Assembly: GCA_951406725.2 (NCBI GenBank)
Contig: OX597832.1
Location: forward strand, 27,280,001 to 27,344,000
Direction: 5' to 3'
Origin: Octopus vulgaris
Lineage: Eukaryota
DNA: 64,000 bases
Part shown: positions 25,976-39,625 of the stretch, one piece after another
How positions within the stretch are numbered: position 1 is the first letter of the stretch
How the letters are laid out: each line of letters opens with the position of its first letter
Notes under the pieces: model-generated
The model's input: the letters and a program-made list of their open reading frames with translations, nothing else
Databases searched by the model: none
Told to the model about the DNA's origin: nothing
Made by a program: the position numbers and the translations under genes

Positions 25976-26541
25976 CAATAATGTCCAGGGATTAATATTG
26001 ATGTTGATGATGATGGTGATGGTGATGATGATGTGTACGTGTATGTATATGTGTGCGTGGGTCATCAGTACCATGGACGCGGTTTCAGTTTCCGCTTATG
26101 AACCTTTTCACATAATTTATGTTTCCAATGCACTTTTACTCCTTAGCCAGGGAAGGAGCTGCGCCCTTTCACAAATTTATCAGAGCCCTTAAATTAAATT
26201 ATCACAATTTATCAGAGCCCTTAAATTAAATTATCACAATTTATCAGAGCCCTTAAAACTTGTAGGAGAAAAGGAGGACGTTATCCTCAAACTGGTAACT
26301 TTGTTCCAATTCCTGGCAACACATTGATATCAAGAAGTGGTGTTAAAATGGGACCAGATTAAGTCTGAAACCCAAGAACTGAGGAAGTAGTAGGGCCAGA
26401 GCAGATCTCACAAGCCATCTTGTCCAATTTCCTAACAATTATTGCGATGTGAATATCGTGCGCGGTAATAAAAATCTTTCACTTTCATAAAAGTGATTTT
26501 TATGCCGTTAATATTTTTGTATGGAAAAATTTTGAGATTTC

Positions 26542-26595
<54 letters not shown>

Positions 26596-27141
26596 TATAT
26601 TTACAAAATTTTTTTTAACGTGTGATGTGTCTGTATTTAAATACATTCTGTGCGGACCTATGGTTTTCAGAAGGGAGATAATAACTATGCTTCCGACTTT
26701 GCCCCTGGTAGTACTGTCATTGTTAATGTTATTTTCCTTGCGTCCCCATATATGACCGAGAAAAGTGGAACATGAAAATTATCCTCAATATCTTTAGCAT
26801 TTCTTTCCCTTTCTTCTTCTGCAACTCTCTCAGCAGTGATTGTTGAAAGACCCTGAATTTCAAGATTTTCATCCCTAAACCAAATGCATTTCTTCCTTCA
26901 TATTTCCAGTGAAATATCCAGTCAGTCACACATCAAGGTGACTGCATTATTGTCTTGTTCGTGTTGAGTACTTTAGGTTCACCCGTAAGACATATCTCAA
27001 TTTACGTCATCACAACTATGGAAGGCAGACAATGAAGACAAACTTTTGTAGAAGTTGAATCGTCACCATATCAATTTTTTAATTTATCGCACGGTCTTCA
27101 TTTCTTTCCTGTATTTTCTGAACATAAAGGACATAAACACT

Positions 27142-27562
27142 GGATCTTTTCGGTTTGAACGGCAGTTTTTAACATAATTTCTAGGTAACTAAAAAATTCT
27201 AAACTTCGTATACTGGTAGAATGTGTTTATAAAACATCGTTTTCTCTTGGCTTTATTGAGAACATTCTACAGTTTGTAAGATATTTGTTGTTTTTCAATT
27301 TCTTCAATTTCAACCAATCACTGACGTCTATTGAGGTAAAAAAACATTCTGTGTCGTATGAATATGTCCCTCGTTTAAGAAACAGATTGGGTTTATTTAC
27401 ATTTGTGAAGAAAAAAAAGATACTCTTCCCCTACCCTAACCCTAACTAACATTAACCCTAAAACAGATTGAAATGCAATAGATCGATACTAGGGTCATAA
27501 TTATGGGTGACAATTTCATATGACACCGCTAGAAAAAACTGCCGTTCAAACCGAAAAGATAC
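27142..27562. mobile_element. MITE with ~28-bp TIRs and 8-bp TSD (Merlin-like ends)
   Basis: GGATCTTTTCGGTTTGAACGGCAGTTTTT ... AAAAACTGCCGTTCAAACCGAAAAGATAC; flanks TAAACACT / TAAACACC. Confidence 0.85.
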
Positions 27563-28216
27563 TAAACACCTACTCCTTCCCTCACTTTGGTCCCCTAAAA
27601 ATTCCAGATCAAAAGTTATATTTTTTCGAATCACTTTTGTTGAGTCCTTTCTTGTTTGTCCGACAACCCCATCGAACAAATCACCAAGTTTTTACTCTAA
27701 AAGTTACTTCCTTACTCACTGAAACAAATTAATCTTGTTTCTTTTTAGAGCCAAAATGTCTCCCATTTATAAATAAGCTATTTGTTGCTGCATCTCAATG
27801 GTTTTTAAGTTTATCTAACACGACAACCGTTACATAATTTTGAACCCTCTTGTTTAATGGACGAAGTTTTTCAAAACTCGATCCGTTTGTTAATATTAAA
27901 CTTCCTGGCCTGCAACGCATCTCTTGTGATACGGCTTCCAACTATTTCTTCTGCCGGATCGTGTTTTTCTCAGATACATGCTTTGCTCGCTTTAGCACGG
28001 CACATTTAAAGGCAATCTACTTCTAGCTTAACAGTTATTGCATATCCGAATAAATATGATTGAAGCAATTATCACAAAAAGCATGTTCACATCATAGGAA
28101 ATGGAGAAAAAAATATAACATTCACCTAAATTTACGAGAACTGCAAGATTACTTTGTAAAATTCGACTTTATAACCATTCTATAATGCATAAAGAAAGCA
28201 TTGTATATAAATATAA

Positions 28217-28251
<35 letters not shown>

Positions 28252-28479
28252 TAGATAATAGATATAAATATATAGATAATAGTTATAAATATATACATAT
28301 ATATAAATATATATGTATATATATATACATATATATATATATTATATACATACATGTATATATATATATATATATACACACACATACATATATATGTGTA
28401 TATATACGTACATGTATACACATATATACGTATATATATATATATATATATATGAAGTTCTAAGTTAGGTTTTCTTTGG

Positions 28480-28590
28480 GTTATTATTATTCTCCATGTT
28501 ATGTATCAATGGTTCAGACAATTTTGCTCAATGCGTTTAGCGGTCTCGTTCTGTTTTGTTCTATAATTTTTGAGGAAGCAATATCTTTTT

Positions 28591-28659
<69 letters not shown>

Positions 28660-29720
28660 CTTTTTGCAGATATTTCTTGGTTTTGTTGGTACTATTCTCT
28701 GACATCTGGCTTTGTTGCTATAGGCTTTATACAGTTTTGTTTGTAATCGATGTTTGTAACTGTTTTGAAGATATTACGATAATGTTTTGCTCCTGTTACA
28801 CGTTTGTTAATTCTCAGGCAGAGTTAATGTTTTTAACACTGAGGACATTGCCCTGTTGACATTGCCGGTTTGAATGTTACTGCCTAAGTGTCGAAATTCT
28901 AGTGATATCTCTTAGGCAGATGATGACAGGAATATATTTTTGGCATGCTTGAACCTTGTATCTCGTGGTACCGTTGCTCTGGGCTGCCCGTCATTCTCGT
29001 AATGCTGAACTGGTTAAAGGCTTCCCGGTTTACGTTGGTTGTGTTGTTTAAGAATATCTTCATTGGTTGTCGAACTATGCAAGGATAATACTTAACTAGG
29101 GGTTTCTAGTTTTGGGAGGTCTTGTGACTATTTCTTCTACACAAGATGCAATAATCGGAACGAAAGTCTGCTGAAAGAAGTCCTATTTCTGAGGGATTTA
29201 AAAAAAGGAACCGATAAAAAATTTGGCCTCTTGCTTGATCAAAAATTTGAGATCACCTATTCTCGATGAAGCGGGCTAAATATTTGTCAAGCGATCTATT
29301 TCACATTGAAAGGTTTCTGGCGATATTGACACGAAATGCAAAGTAAGGCCACTCAACGTTGAAAATACATAAAATCAGGAAGTTCCGAATTTTAAATTTC
29401 AACTTATTCATCAGAATTCAACTGTAAGATTGAGCAACGTCGAGCGGATACAGAAGTAGAGAGACAAACAATAACCGGCAGAAGGAATGTATTTAAAGAA
29501 AAGGGTGAATATACAAAGTGCATGGTGTAACCAAGTGTTGTCTTTACGGCTGTTTCACATAATCGATAACTGGTTGGTAGGACCATGCACACTATGCAAG
29601 AATGTCCAATATTGAGTCAATATTGTAGGTTTTCACACACAAAAAGGAAAAATATATCAACGAGCACGTATTTCCATAGCTCCATGTAACAAAGTCACGA
29701 TATTCTCATCAGGAGTGTCG
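28480..29720 (-). mobile_element. Highly decayed Penelope-like element remnant with upstream hammerhead-like motif
   Basis: Minus fragments LSLHSSTTNEDILKQHN, KAYSNKARC and PLNALSKIV loosely match PLE C-terminal motifs; CUGAUGA (29706-29712) and GAAACAGCCGUA (29545-29556) lie 5' of them. Confidence 0.4.
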
Positions 29721-29806
29721 GCAAAAAAATTGTTTATACAACTTTTCATATAAATATATTCTTTACACCTATCATTGATCATCTGCCTTTCTACTTGAAA
29801 ATACTT

Positions 29807-29852
<46 letters not shown>

Positions 29853-30470
29853 TTTGCGTGTGTGTGTTGGGAGAGATAGGCAATTAGGTAATGAACGATA
29901 AATTCAAAAACAAAAAGAACAAAAAGTCGCATTGATCGAAAGTTCACATTGATCGAAAGACCTTGCATGAACACGTCATGATCACTTGCTAACAGGTTTC
30001 AGTTAAAATAACGGGGCTCGTAGGGTCGTCTATCCTGTTTTCTTTTGACTTCATATGTCCCTTTTTGTTCGCGTATTCTTGTAATTCATTCGATTTCATT
30101 GCAAATAACCCATTCGATTTCATTGTAAATAATTCCATTTCATTCACATGACCCCAAATCGTGTTGTATTGTCCCCAACTGTGTAAGCCCTTATGGGTAA
30201 TAAAGAAATACATTATTAGTTTGGCGCTTGTTGACATTTATAAAAAAAAACAAGTTAGGAGTAAAAATATGACGTTCTGAGCATAGCTTTGCAGTGAACA
30301 GGGGGAGAAAATCCAGAGGAGAGGAAGAAAGGGGAGATAAGAACGGAGGGTCAGGAGAAAAGCACGTGGGTAGCTATAATATCGAAAAATACCTATGTGC
30401 GTGTGTATATGCATAAATCAGTATAAACATGTATATATAAATGTGTGTGTATCATAGACCCTATCATATC

Positions 30471-30548
30471 ATTGACTCCTTCACCTGCACTTCTAGCAAC
30501 GTCATCTACTGCATCTCCTGCTCTCTCTGTCCTGTTCTATACATTGGT
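30471..30548 (+). mobile_element. Penelope GIY-YIG endonuclease fragment
   Basis: IDSFTCTSSNVIYCISCSLCPVLYIG matches the PLE signature FTC.S.NVIY.I.C..C...YIG. Confidence 0.8.
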
Positions 30549-30801
30549 GTATGTGTGTGTGTTCGTCTCCACTGCCGCTTGACATCCGATGTTGGTTTAT
30601 TTACGTCCCCGTTAACTTAGCGGTTCGACAGAGGCAACATAGAATAAGTATCAGGCATTTAAAAAAATTAAGGGATCAATTTTTTCGCCTGAATATTCTT
30701 GAAGACGGTGCCCCAGCATGGCCACAGTCAGATGATTGAAACGAGTTACAGATAAAAGGCACACAAACACACAGACACACACAAACACACACGCACACAC
30801 A

Positions 30802-30855
<54 letters not shown>

Positions 30856-30979
30856 TAAACACTGATAAACATAGGAACGTTACATATATATATATATATA
30901 TATATACATACGCTGTTTGTTTCAGTATGAATTTATTTATAGATAAGTGAATGCATACGCACACATACACATACACACA

Positions 30980-31018
<39 letters not shown>

Positions 31019-31031
31019 ATGCATACCAACC

Positions 31032-31105
<74 letters not shown>

Positions 31106-31219
31106 CATTCGGTGTCTGTTCGCCTCTGTAAATAAATACACACACACAGGTATAAATGTATGGAAACCAATGCGCAGGTATGCACACACACACGCCGACA
31201 TGCGCGCGCATCCACACTC

Positions 31220-31250
<31 letters not shown>

Positions 31251-31440
31251 CGTGTAAGCATGTGTATGTGTATGCATTTGTATGTGTGTGTGTGTGTGGG
31301 GGCATGTAGAGAGACGCTCTACGAACCGACAGACACGCAAACACAGACATAAGACTCGCTCTCAGACGTGCACGCCTCGTTGCTGCTGCTGCACTCTCGT
31401 AGTTTTCCGTACTTGATGATGCACTCGTGTAGATTTACAG

Positions 31441-31472
<32 letters not shown>

Positions 31473-33577
31473 GCAAACACACACACACACGCATATATAG
31501 ATATAGATATATCGCACGCACACACACGCACATGTAGAGACAGCCATTTATACACACACAAATCAGAGGACTGCTGTCTAGCACTTCACAATGTTACACA
31601 CACACACACACGCATGCACACACACACTGGCACGCACGCTCACTCACTCACTCACACACATTCATAAACACATGCACATAAACACACGCCTACACATATG
31701 CTCACACACATACGCACACACACACATACGCACACACACACACACACGCACACACACGTGCACACACGTACACATACACAAACACCAGTGCAAATAACTG
31801 CACACACGGCGAGTTGAAGCGGCAACTACAATAGCGATAAGAACCCCCGCCAACTCCACACCCACACACGTACGCACACACACACACCCGCACTCACATA
31901 CACACGTTAATGTTTGTTTTTTATGTTCCGTTATTATAAAAACAATTTTACATTAACGTAATCGGTTCATCTATACTTTCGTTGAGTACAAAAAATTATT
32001 ATCATTCTTACACAAGAATGTTGTTGACAGTGACTTCGAAGTGCCGGCGAGTTCAGCCATCGTCGGACCGCGATGCATTAAAGTTAGTCTTTTGTGAACA
32101 TCAAAACAGTAAGATGGTTAGCGGTTCGGCAAAAGATACCGATAGAATAAATATTAGGCTTACAAGGAATAAGTGCTGGGGTCGATTTGTTCGACTAAAG
32201 GCGGTGCTGTACCATGGCCGCAGTCAAATGACTGAAGCAAGTAAAACAAGGGTTCTGAACCATTTTTTAATCTCTGGACCGATCCCCTTAATTGCTATTT
32301 TATCCTGGTGGACTCTCATAGCCATTCGATGTTTATAAACTAGTTTTATAAAAAATTCTTTCAAAATTCTCAGTTTGTTTTTCACACATTAACTTGTGTT
32401 GGTTGAAAAATGTAAAATTCTAGAGAAAGAATCGGCGCTCCTGAAATTAACGTGCAAGTGGCTGAGCACTCCATAGACACGTCTACCCTTAACATAGTTT
32501 TCGGGGAGATTCAACGTGACACAGAGTGTGACAAAGCTGACCCTTTGAAATATAGGTAGGGCAGAAACAGGAGGAAAGGGTGAGAGAAAGTTGTGGTGAG
32601 AGAGTACAGCTGGGTTCGCCACCACCTACGGCCGCGGGACCACTGCCCTAACCACTGAGCCATTGCGCTTCCACATTACACATCAATACGTACAGCTAAA
32701 GCGACATTTTTTCAAGGGACATTAAAATGCAATTGTGGATCCCTAATGTATTATTTTGTTGCGTGGACCCCCCCCACCAAATCTTATGTGGACCTCAGGG
32801 GCCATAAAGACCCCTGCTGAGAACCATTGAAATAATAAAAATAACAAAGCCATGACATGCCGGACTAATAACCCCACCCCCACACCCCACCTTAAAAATG
32901 AAAACAAATACCCTAAATAACAAATAAAGAACAACAAATAAAGAAATGACCAACCGAAACGTAGGCGGGTGGTAACCACCCGGCTGCATTCTTTAACGAA
33001 AAAGAAGTTGACACACCTACATATTAAGGGCTTAAAGACTAGACTTTGTGCCTTTAACTTTTAAATTCCCAAAAGCATAAGGATTAAATCCAATTATACC
33101 CAAAATAACAAAAATACTGTCACATTCTGTGGCTACCTAACAAAAGACAAAGCACCAACACACTTGTCTACGAAGTTCTACGGACATGGATGAATTCTAA
33201 ACAATAACGTAACCTCAGATCTAATCAATAAAAATTTCTCCAAAACACCTCTCCTTAACAATCCACCCAAAAACCTAATGACCACTCCACCCAAACCCAC
33301 CCCCACACGCGAAGGTGGTTTTTTAACTCAACAGAGACTACATGAAGACAAGGTTACTTTAATGCATCGCAGTCCGACGGTGACGTAAATGGCCGAAATT
33401 CGAAGTCACTATCAACAACATTCTTATTTATGCATACATATGTATGTGTATGCATATATATATATATATATATATAGATGTATATAATATACATATGTAT
33501 ACATGCACATATAGATACATATATACGCATATATATATATATATATATATGCATACATTTATATATATATATATATG

Positions 33578-33657
<80 letters not shown>

Positions 33658-33699
33658 TATATATATATATATAGATAGATAGATGCATATACATATATA

Positions 33700-34170
33700 C
33701 AATATTCAGAGAGAGTAAGAGAGAGAGAGGGGGGAGGAAGAGGAAAAGGGAGAAGGAGAGAGTGAGTGAGTGAGCGAGGTGGGTTGGGAATGAAAGAATA
33801 AAGGAATAAAGAATTACACCGAGAAGAGAATAAAAGAAGAATGGAATAAAAAATCGAGGCGGAACGAGAGAGAAAAACAGACACGAGCGAGAGGAATGAA
33901 ATAAGAGCGAAGAGAGGGAAGGAGGTAGCGAGGGAGGGAGGGAGGAGTGCAGTGGGGGAGAGACGGAGGAGAGCGCAACGGAGAGACAGAGAGTGGGGAG
34001 TGCAATAGAGAGTGTGTGAGAGAAAGAGACAGAGACAGAGGGGTGGGTGGCGAGGAGAGTAAAGTGAAGGGGAGGAAGCAGGCGTCAGCGTTAGTTTTTC
34101 GCGTGGAATACACGAAGGAGCCTGTTGATAGTAGACGCTCTCACCGTGACTTTCGCCCCGTACGTGTGTG
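33700..34170 (+). promoter_or_regulatory. Candidate promoter and transcription start region
   Basis: Long GA-rich tract followed by a CpG-containing unique segment with Inr-like TTAGTT (~34091), about 1.2 kb upstream of a candidate ATG exon. Confidence 0.35.
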
Positions 34171-35306
34171 TGTGTGTGAGTGTGTGTGACCGTATGCTTG
34201 TGTAGATTAATACATATATATATATATATATATGTGCATAAATATACATATATAAATGTATATATATATGTATGTTTATATATAGAGACAGAAAAGCGCT
34301 TCTTCGAATTTCATCCACTCCAGATATTATAATTATAATAATAATTAATATTTGTATATCTACACAAAAGTATATTTTTTGATATTTCATCAAAGGACTT
34401 CTCTCTGTTGGCCAATTTCCTGGATTTCGTTATACATACATATATATACACGTACATACATAGGTACATACATACATACATTTTATATATATATATATAT
34501 ATTTGTTGGGGTGCACAATATTCGTATATACAGGAAATAAAAGCACCCATTGTGTACATGCATATACTACTGCACACATGCACACGGACACACACAGATA
34601 TTTGACAAGCACCTACCCGGATAATTCGCATCGATCTATTTAAAGCGGAAACAGAGAGAAGTAGAAGAATATAAACAAACTACAAAAAAAAATATATAAA
34701 AGAAAAAGTATATAAAAAAAAGAATCGAAGCCAAAGTTTGGACCGAAAGGGAACAATTTAATAAAAAGAAAAAAACTTTAGAGAAAATATATATAAAAAA
34801 AATATATATATATAATAAGAAAATTAAAAAAAAAAAAATAACAAACCGCAAAAATGGGGCGAAAAGCAAAAAATTATCAACAGACGAAATTTAAATGAAT
34901 GGAAAAAAAAATCTACATAAAATGATTATATTTATATGAAAAATATATATAATATAGATATATGTATATATATGGATATACACACACATACACACATATA
35001 ATATATATATAAAAGTACGTAGGAAGGAAATTTCAAAAAGGAAAAAATAAGTTCCCAAAATATTTGAAATATATAAAATAATAAAAGTATATATGAACAT
35101 AAAACATATTAGCCCTCTCTCTGTTTATATCATGTCTTGAATATATATATGTATATATATTTATACACACGTATGTATATGTAAAAGAGAGAGGGAGAGA
35201 AGGAAAGATACACACACACACACACGCTCAAAATATACACAAATATCACTGAAATATCTAAAAGAATCTCTATAAATTTGCCAAAAATACTGTCCTTTAT
35301 TACGAA

Positions 35307-35358
35307 ATGGACCCAGCAGTTCGGATTTCGCTGAGACTAGCTTTGATGCACACATCAT
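35307..35358 (+). CDS. Candidate first coding exon (MDPAVRISLRLALMHTS) followed by a phase-1 intron
   Basis: GAAATGG start context in unique sequence, 17 codons plus 1 nt, then the strong donor GTGAGT at 35359. No downstream exon identified in the window. Confidence 0.4.
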
Positions 35359-35549
35359 GTGAGTTAATCGCTTAATTTGAAATTTCTTCTCTTCTTTTTT
35401 GCTTTTTTGTCATAGCCGTATGTATGTATATACATGTAGATGTTGTGTATGTTTGTGTGTGTGCATGGGTGAGTGTGTGTATATGTGTGTGTGTATTCGG
35501 AGAAACTTGCATGCGTGTATTTATATTGCATGCACACCTATCTCTCATT

Positions 35550-35675
<126 letters not shown>

Positions 35676-36540
35676 GTCTGTCTGTCTGTCTGTCTTTCCG
35701 TTCGTCTGTCTACCTGCTTGTTTGTCTGTCTGTCTGTCTATCTATCAATCTATCTATCTGTATATATGCGTGTGTATGTGCGTGTATGTATGTAAACATG
35801 TATGTTTTCGTATGCATGTGTATGTATGTATGTATATATAAAGTAAAAGATAATAATATATAAAGTAAAAGATAATATATATGTATATATATATGTGCGT
35901 TTGTGAGTTATGTGTGTGTGTGTTCGCCCGTCCAAGTAAATGAATAAAATGTTTATCACAGAATTCATAATTTCCACCGAAGCTTTATGCAAATGTTTAC
36001 AAAGTTAATTACCACACATACACACGTAAATATATGTATATATATATACAGACACACACATACATATTATACTTATATATTCCACTATATACACTTCCGT
36101 AGAACGGGTTGCAGCCCTGTGCGTTTTTATTATACAACATAAACAATGTAATTATAGACATCGTGCGCTCTCTCTTTCTCACTTCCTATAAATAAATATA
36201 TACCTACCACACACATACACACACACATATATACACGCGTGTGCGAATGTGTATACGTATACACACACACACTCTCGTATTTATATGATGTAATCTGGCG
36301 ACAGCTATGGGCAATGACCCTTCCTTCGCCGACGAAATATTGGAGAATGAAACCGCAAGCGCTTATATATATATGTATGTATACACATGTATAAACATAC
36401 ATGTACACAAAGATAATTTTATATCGTCTTCTGTAAATCTATGTATTGCTTACGTATAATAAACATACGTTCAGAGCAGGCTCACGTGTTATATACGTAT
36501 ACACATGTACCCATGTACATACAACATCCATCCATCCATA

Positions 36541-36611
<71 letters not shown>

Positions 36612-36614
36612 ATG

Positions 36615-36698
<84 letters not shown>

Positions 36699-36779
36699 CA
36701 TATGTATGTATATATATATATATATATATAAACATATGTATATGTTTATATATATGTATAATATATGTATCTATGTATT

Positions 36780-36815
<36 letters not shown>

Positions 36816-37182
36816 TTTGCGCTCATATATAGACATGTCACTAACGTACACTCAAGTTGTATAAACACACAGACGTCAGTGAACACACACGCACATACAC
36901 ACATGCACGCGCGTACACACACACACACACACGGACATACAAGTACATAAACATGATACTCATATATGTATTAGACACATGTACGCATGCACATGTACAA
37001 GCACACACGCAATCCTTCGGCACACACACACACACACACACATACATACACATTACTACATTGTTTCAGCCACAATACGCACACATACACATAATACCAA
37101 ATACATGTAAGCACACGCATACATCCATACACACATACGCACACATATAACTGTTCATACTTTAATACTTCGGACTGCACAC

Positions 37183-37218
<36 letters not shown>

Positions 37219-38149
37219 CACAACCTCGGTGCGCGCTTACACACATTACAATATTCACATACACATTCATATATTTGTACACAAAATCCATACACACATA
37301 TACACGCACACACACACACATACGCACACACACACGCACATTACCGCTTCGGTGCGCGCTTACACACATTACAATATTCGCATACAACACACACATATAA
37401 ATTTGTACATAATCACACTCAACACACATATACACACACATATATATACACTTATAGCGACATCCGCACACACGTATACTGACATATGGCAGTGTCCGTG
37501 CACACACACACACGCACACACACGCACAGAGACTTCACTGCACACTCTTACACAAGTTACATATATACACGTACATACACACACACACACACATTTACAC
37601 ATTTGTACAGATACATGCGTTTATACACGTTCATATATTAATATACATACACATACAAGCACTAACACACACACGTAACATTCGCACTCACACACACACC
37701 AACGGCCATACACAGAAACACACATTACTAACGACACATACACACACAGATTTAATCGCATAAACACATACATACATATGCCCTAACACACATTCAAATG
37801 CACCGATATCAACATATACAAACACACACACATACACACACATATACAAACACACTGCCAATACACATACACTAATACAAATACCCATAGACACACACAC
37901 ACAGACACATACACATACACCAATAACACACACAGCTACAATCTACATACAAACACACGCTACAGATACATATACAAATGCACACACATACAAACACACA
38001 TGCACACACACATATATACACACACATATACACACACATATATACACACACATATACACACACATATATACAAACACATGCAGACGCACACATATACAAT
38101 TATACACACACATTTAAGCACATACACACACACACACATTCAAACATCA

Positions 38150-38198
<49 letters not shown>

Positions 38199-38959
38199 TA
38201 CACAAACACAAAATGAAATGTTTATAATTTTCATAAGATTCGAAACCGCGACTTCGTATCTTCTGCAACCAGTTTTGCTGATTTGAACAGTTTTTTTTAC
38301 CTGACTTTCCCCAACATACATTGTTAATGTTCAGAAGAGGTATGAGATTCACAACATCACATTTTTTTGCATCAAATCTATATTTACACCTCCCCCACCA
38401 AACACCTCTGCAGAATATCTGTGTGTGTATGTGTGTGGCTATCGTGGTATATGAATAGATGTGAATGTGTGTATGTATGCAATTGTATATGTGTATGTGT
38501 ACGGTTCTTGTGATACATGTAAAGGTGTGTTTGTGTGTGCGCGCGCGCCCGTGTGTGTGTATGTGTGTGTGTGTAATGACGTATGTATAACGTATATGGG
38601 TGTCGTAGAGTATGTATAGGAGTTTTATATACATGTGTGTGTGTATATATATGTGTGTGTATTATATATAGAGATGTGTTACATATAGGTGTGTTTATAT
38701 ATGTGTGTGTTATATATAGGGGTTTGTTATATATAGATGGGTTGATATAGAGGTGTGTGTGTGTATGTGTGTAATGATCTTTGTTTATGTGTATAGGTAT
38801 ATGTACTTCTATGTACATTTTTGTATATGTGTACCATTGTAGCGTAGGTAGGTTGTGTGTACGGATGATGAGATGTGTTTGTATGCACATATGTTGTGTG
38901 TATATGTATGTGTTTGTGTAAGTTTTGTATATGTATATATGTGTACAGAGGTTATAATG

Positions 38960-39625
38960 TACCAGAGAAATACGGGGGGATAGAGTCAATATTCCTATAA
39001 ATCATCCAAGACGTCGATGGAATTATAATAGAAGACTAACACTGAATTTATTCTTCATGTCTCTGGGGGTTGATCAAATAAAGTACCAGTGAGATACTGG
39101 GGTAGATTTAATATTGCTATACAATCATCCTACATGTTGATGGAATACCAGACTACATGTTAATGGAATACTGGAATAGAAGACCAAGTTTACGTTTCGT
39201 CTTTTTGGGGTTGATCAAACCATGTACCAATGTAACGCCGGAGTTGGTTTAATATTCAGACAGAAACATCTCTGATATGCTTGGAATTATAACGAAGGAC
39301 AAAGACTAACTTTAGCTTTCATCCTTCGCAGCTGAAATACTGGGATAGGTTTAATATTCCCATAGAAACATCCTAAAAGTGCTTGGAATTATGATGGAAG
39401 ACTAAGACAAACTTTATCTTTCGTCCTTGCGGGGTTGACCAAATAAAGTAACAGCGCAAAACTGGGGTAGATTTAATATTCCTATAGAAACATCCTAGAA
39501 GTTCTTGGAATTATGATGGAAGACTAGGACAAACTTTACCTTTCGTCCTTGCGTGGTTGACCAAATAAAGTAACAGCGCAATACTGGGGTAGATTTAATA
39601 TGCCTATAGAAACTTCCTACATAGA
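38960..39625 (+). repeat. ~122-bp tandem array derived from the SINE-A central box
   Basis: AATAT anchors near 38988, 39110, 39250, 39351, 39473 and 39595; units contain ACTTTA.CTTTCGTCCTT.CGGGGTTGA..AAATAAAGTA.CAG....ACTGGGGTAGAT. Confidence 0.8.

Noticed and set aside
26165-26260. Three copies of a ~31-bp unit (AATTTATCAGAGCCCTTAAA)
   Set aside because: Simple local tandem duplication with no evidence of function
27428-27460. Telomere-like CCCTAA repeats
   Set aside because: Only 2-3 units, inside a MITE; not an interstitial telomere array
38960-39625. CRISPR-like array (also considered for 17790-18219)
   Set aside because: Whole units repeat with no unique spacers, there are no cas genes and the context is eukaryotic
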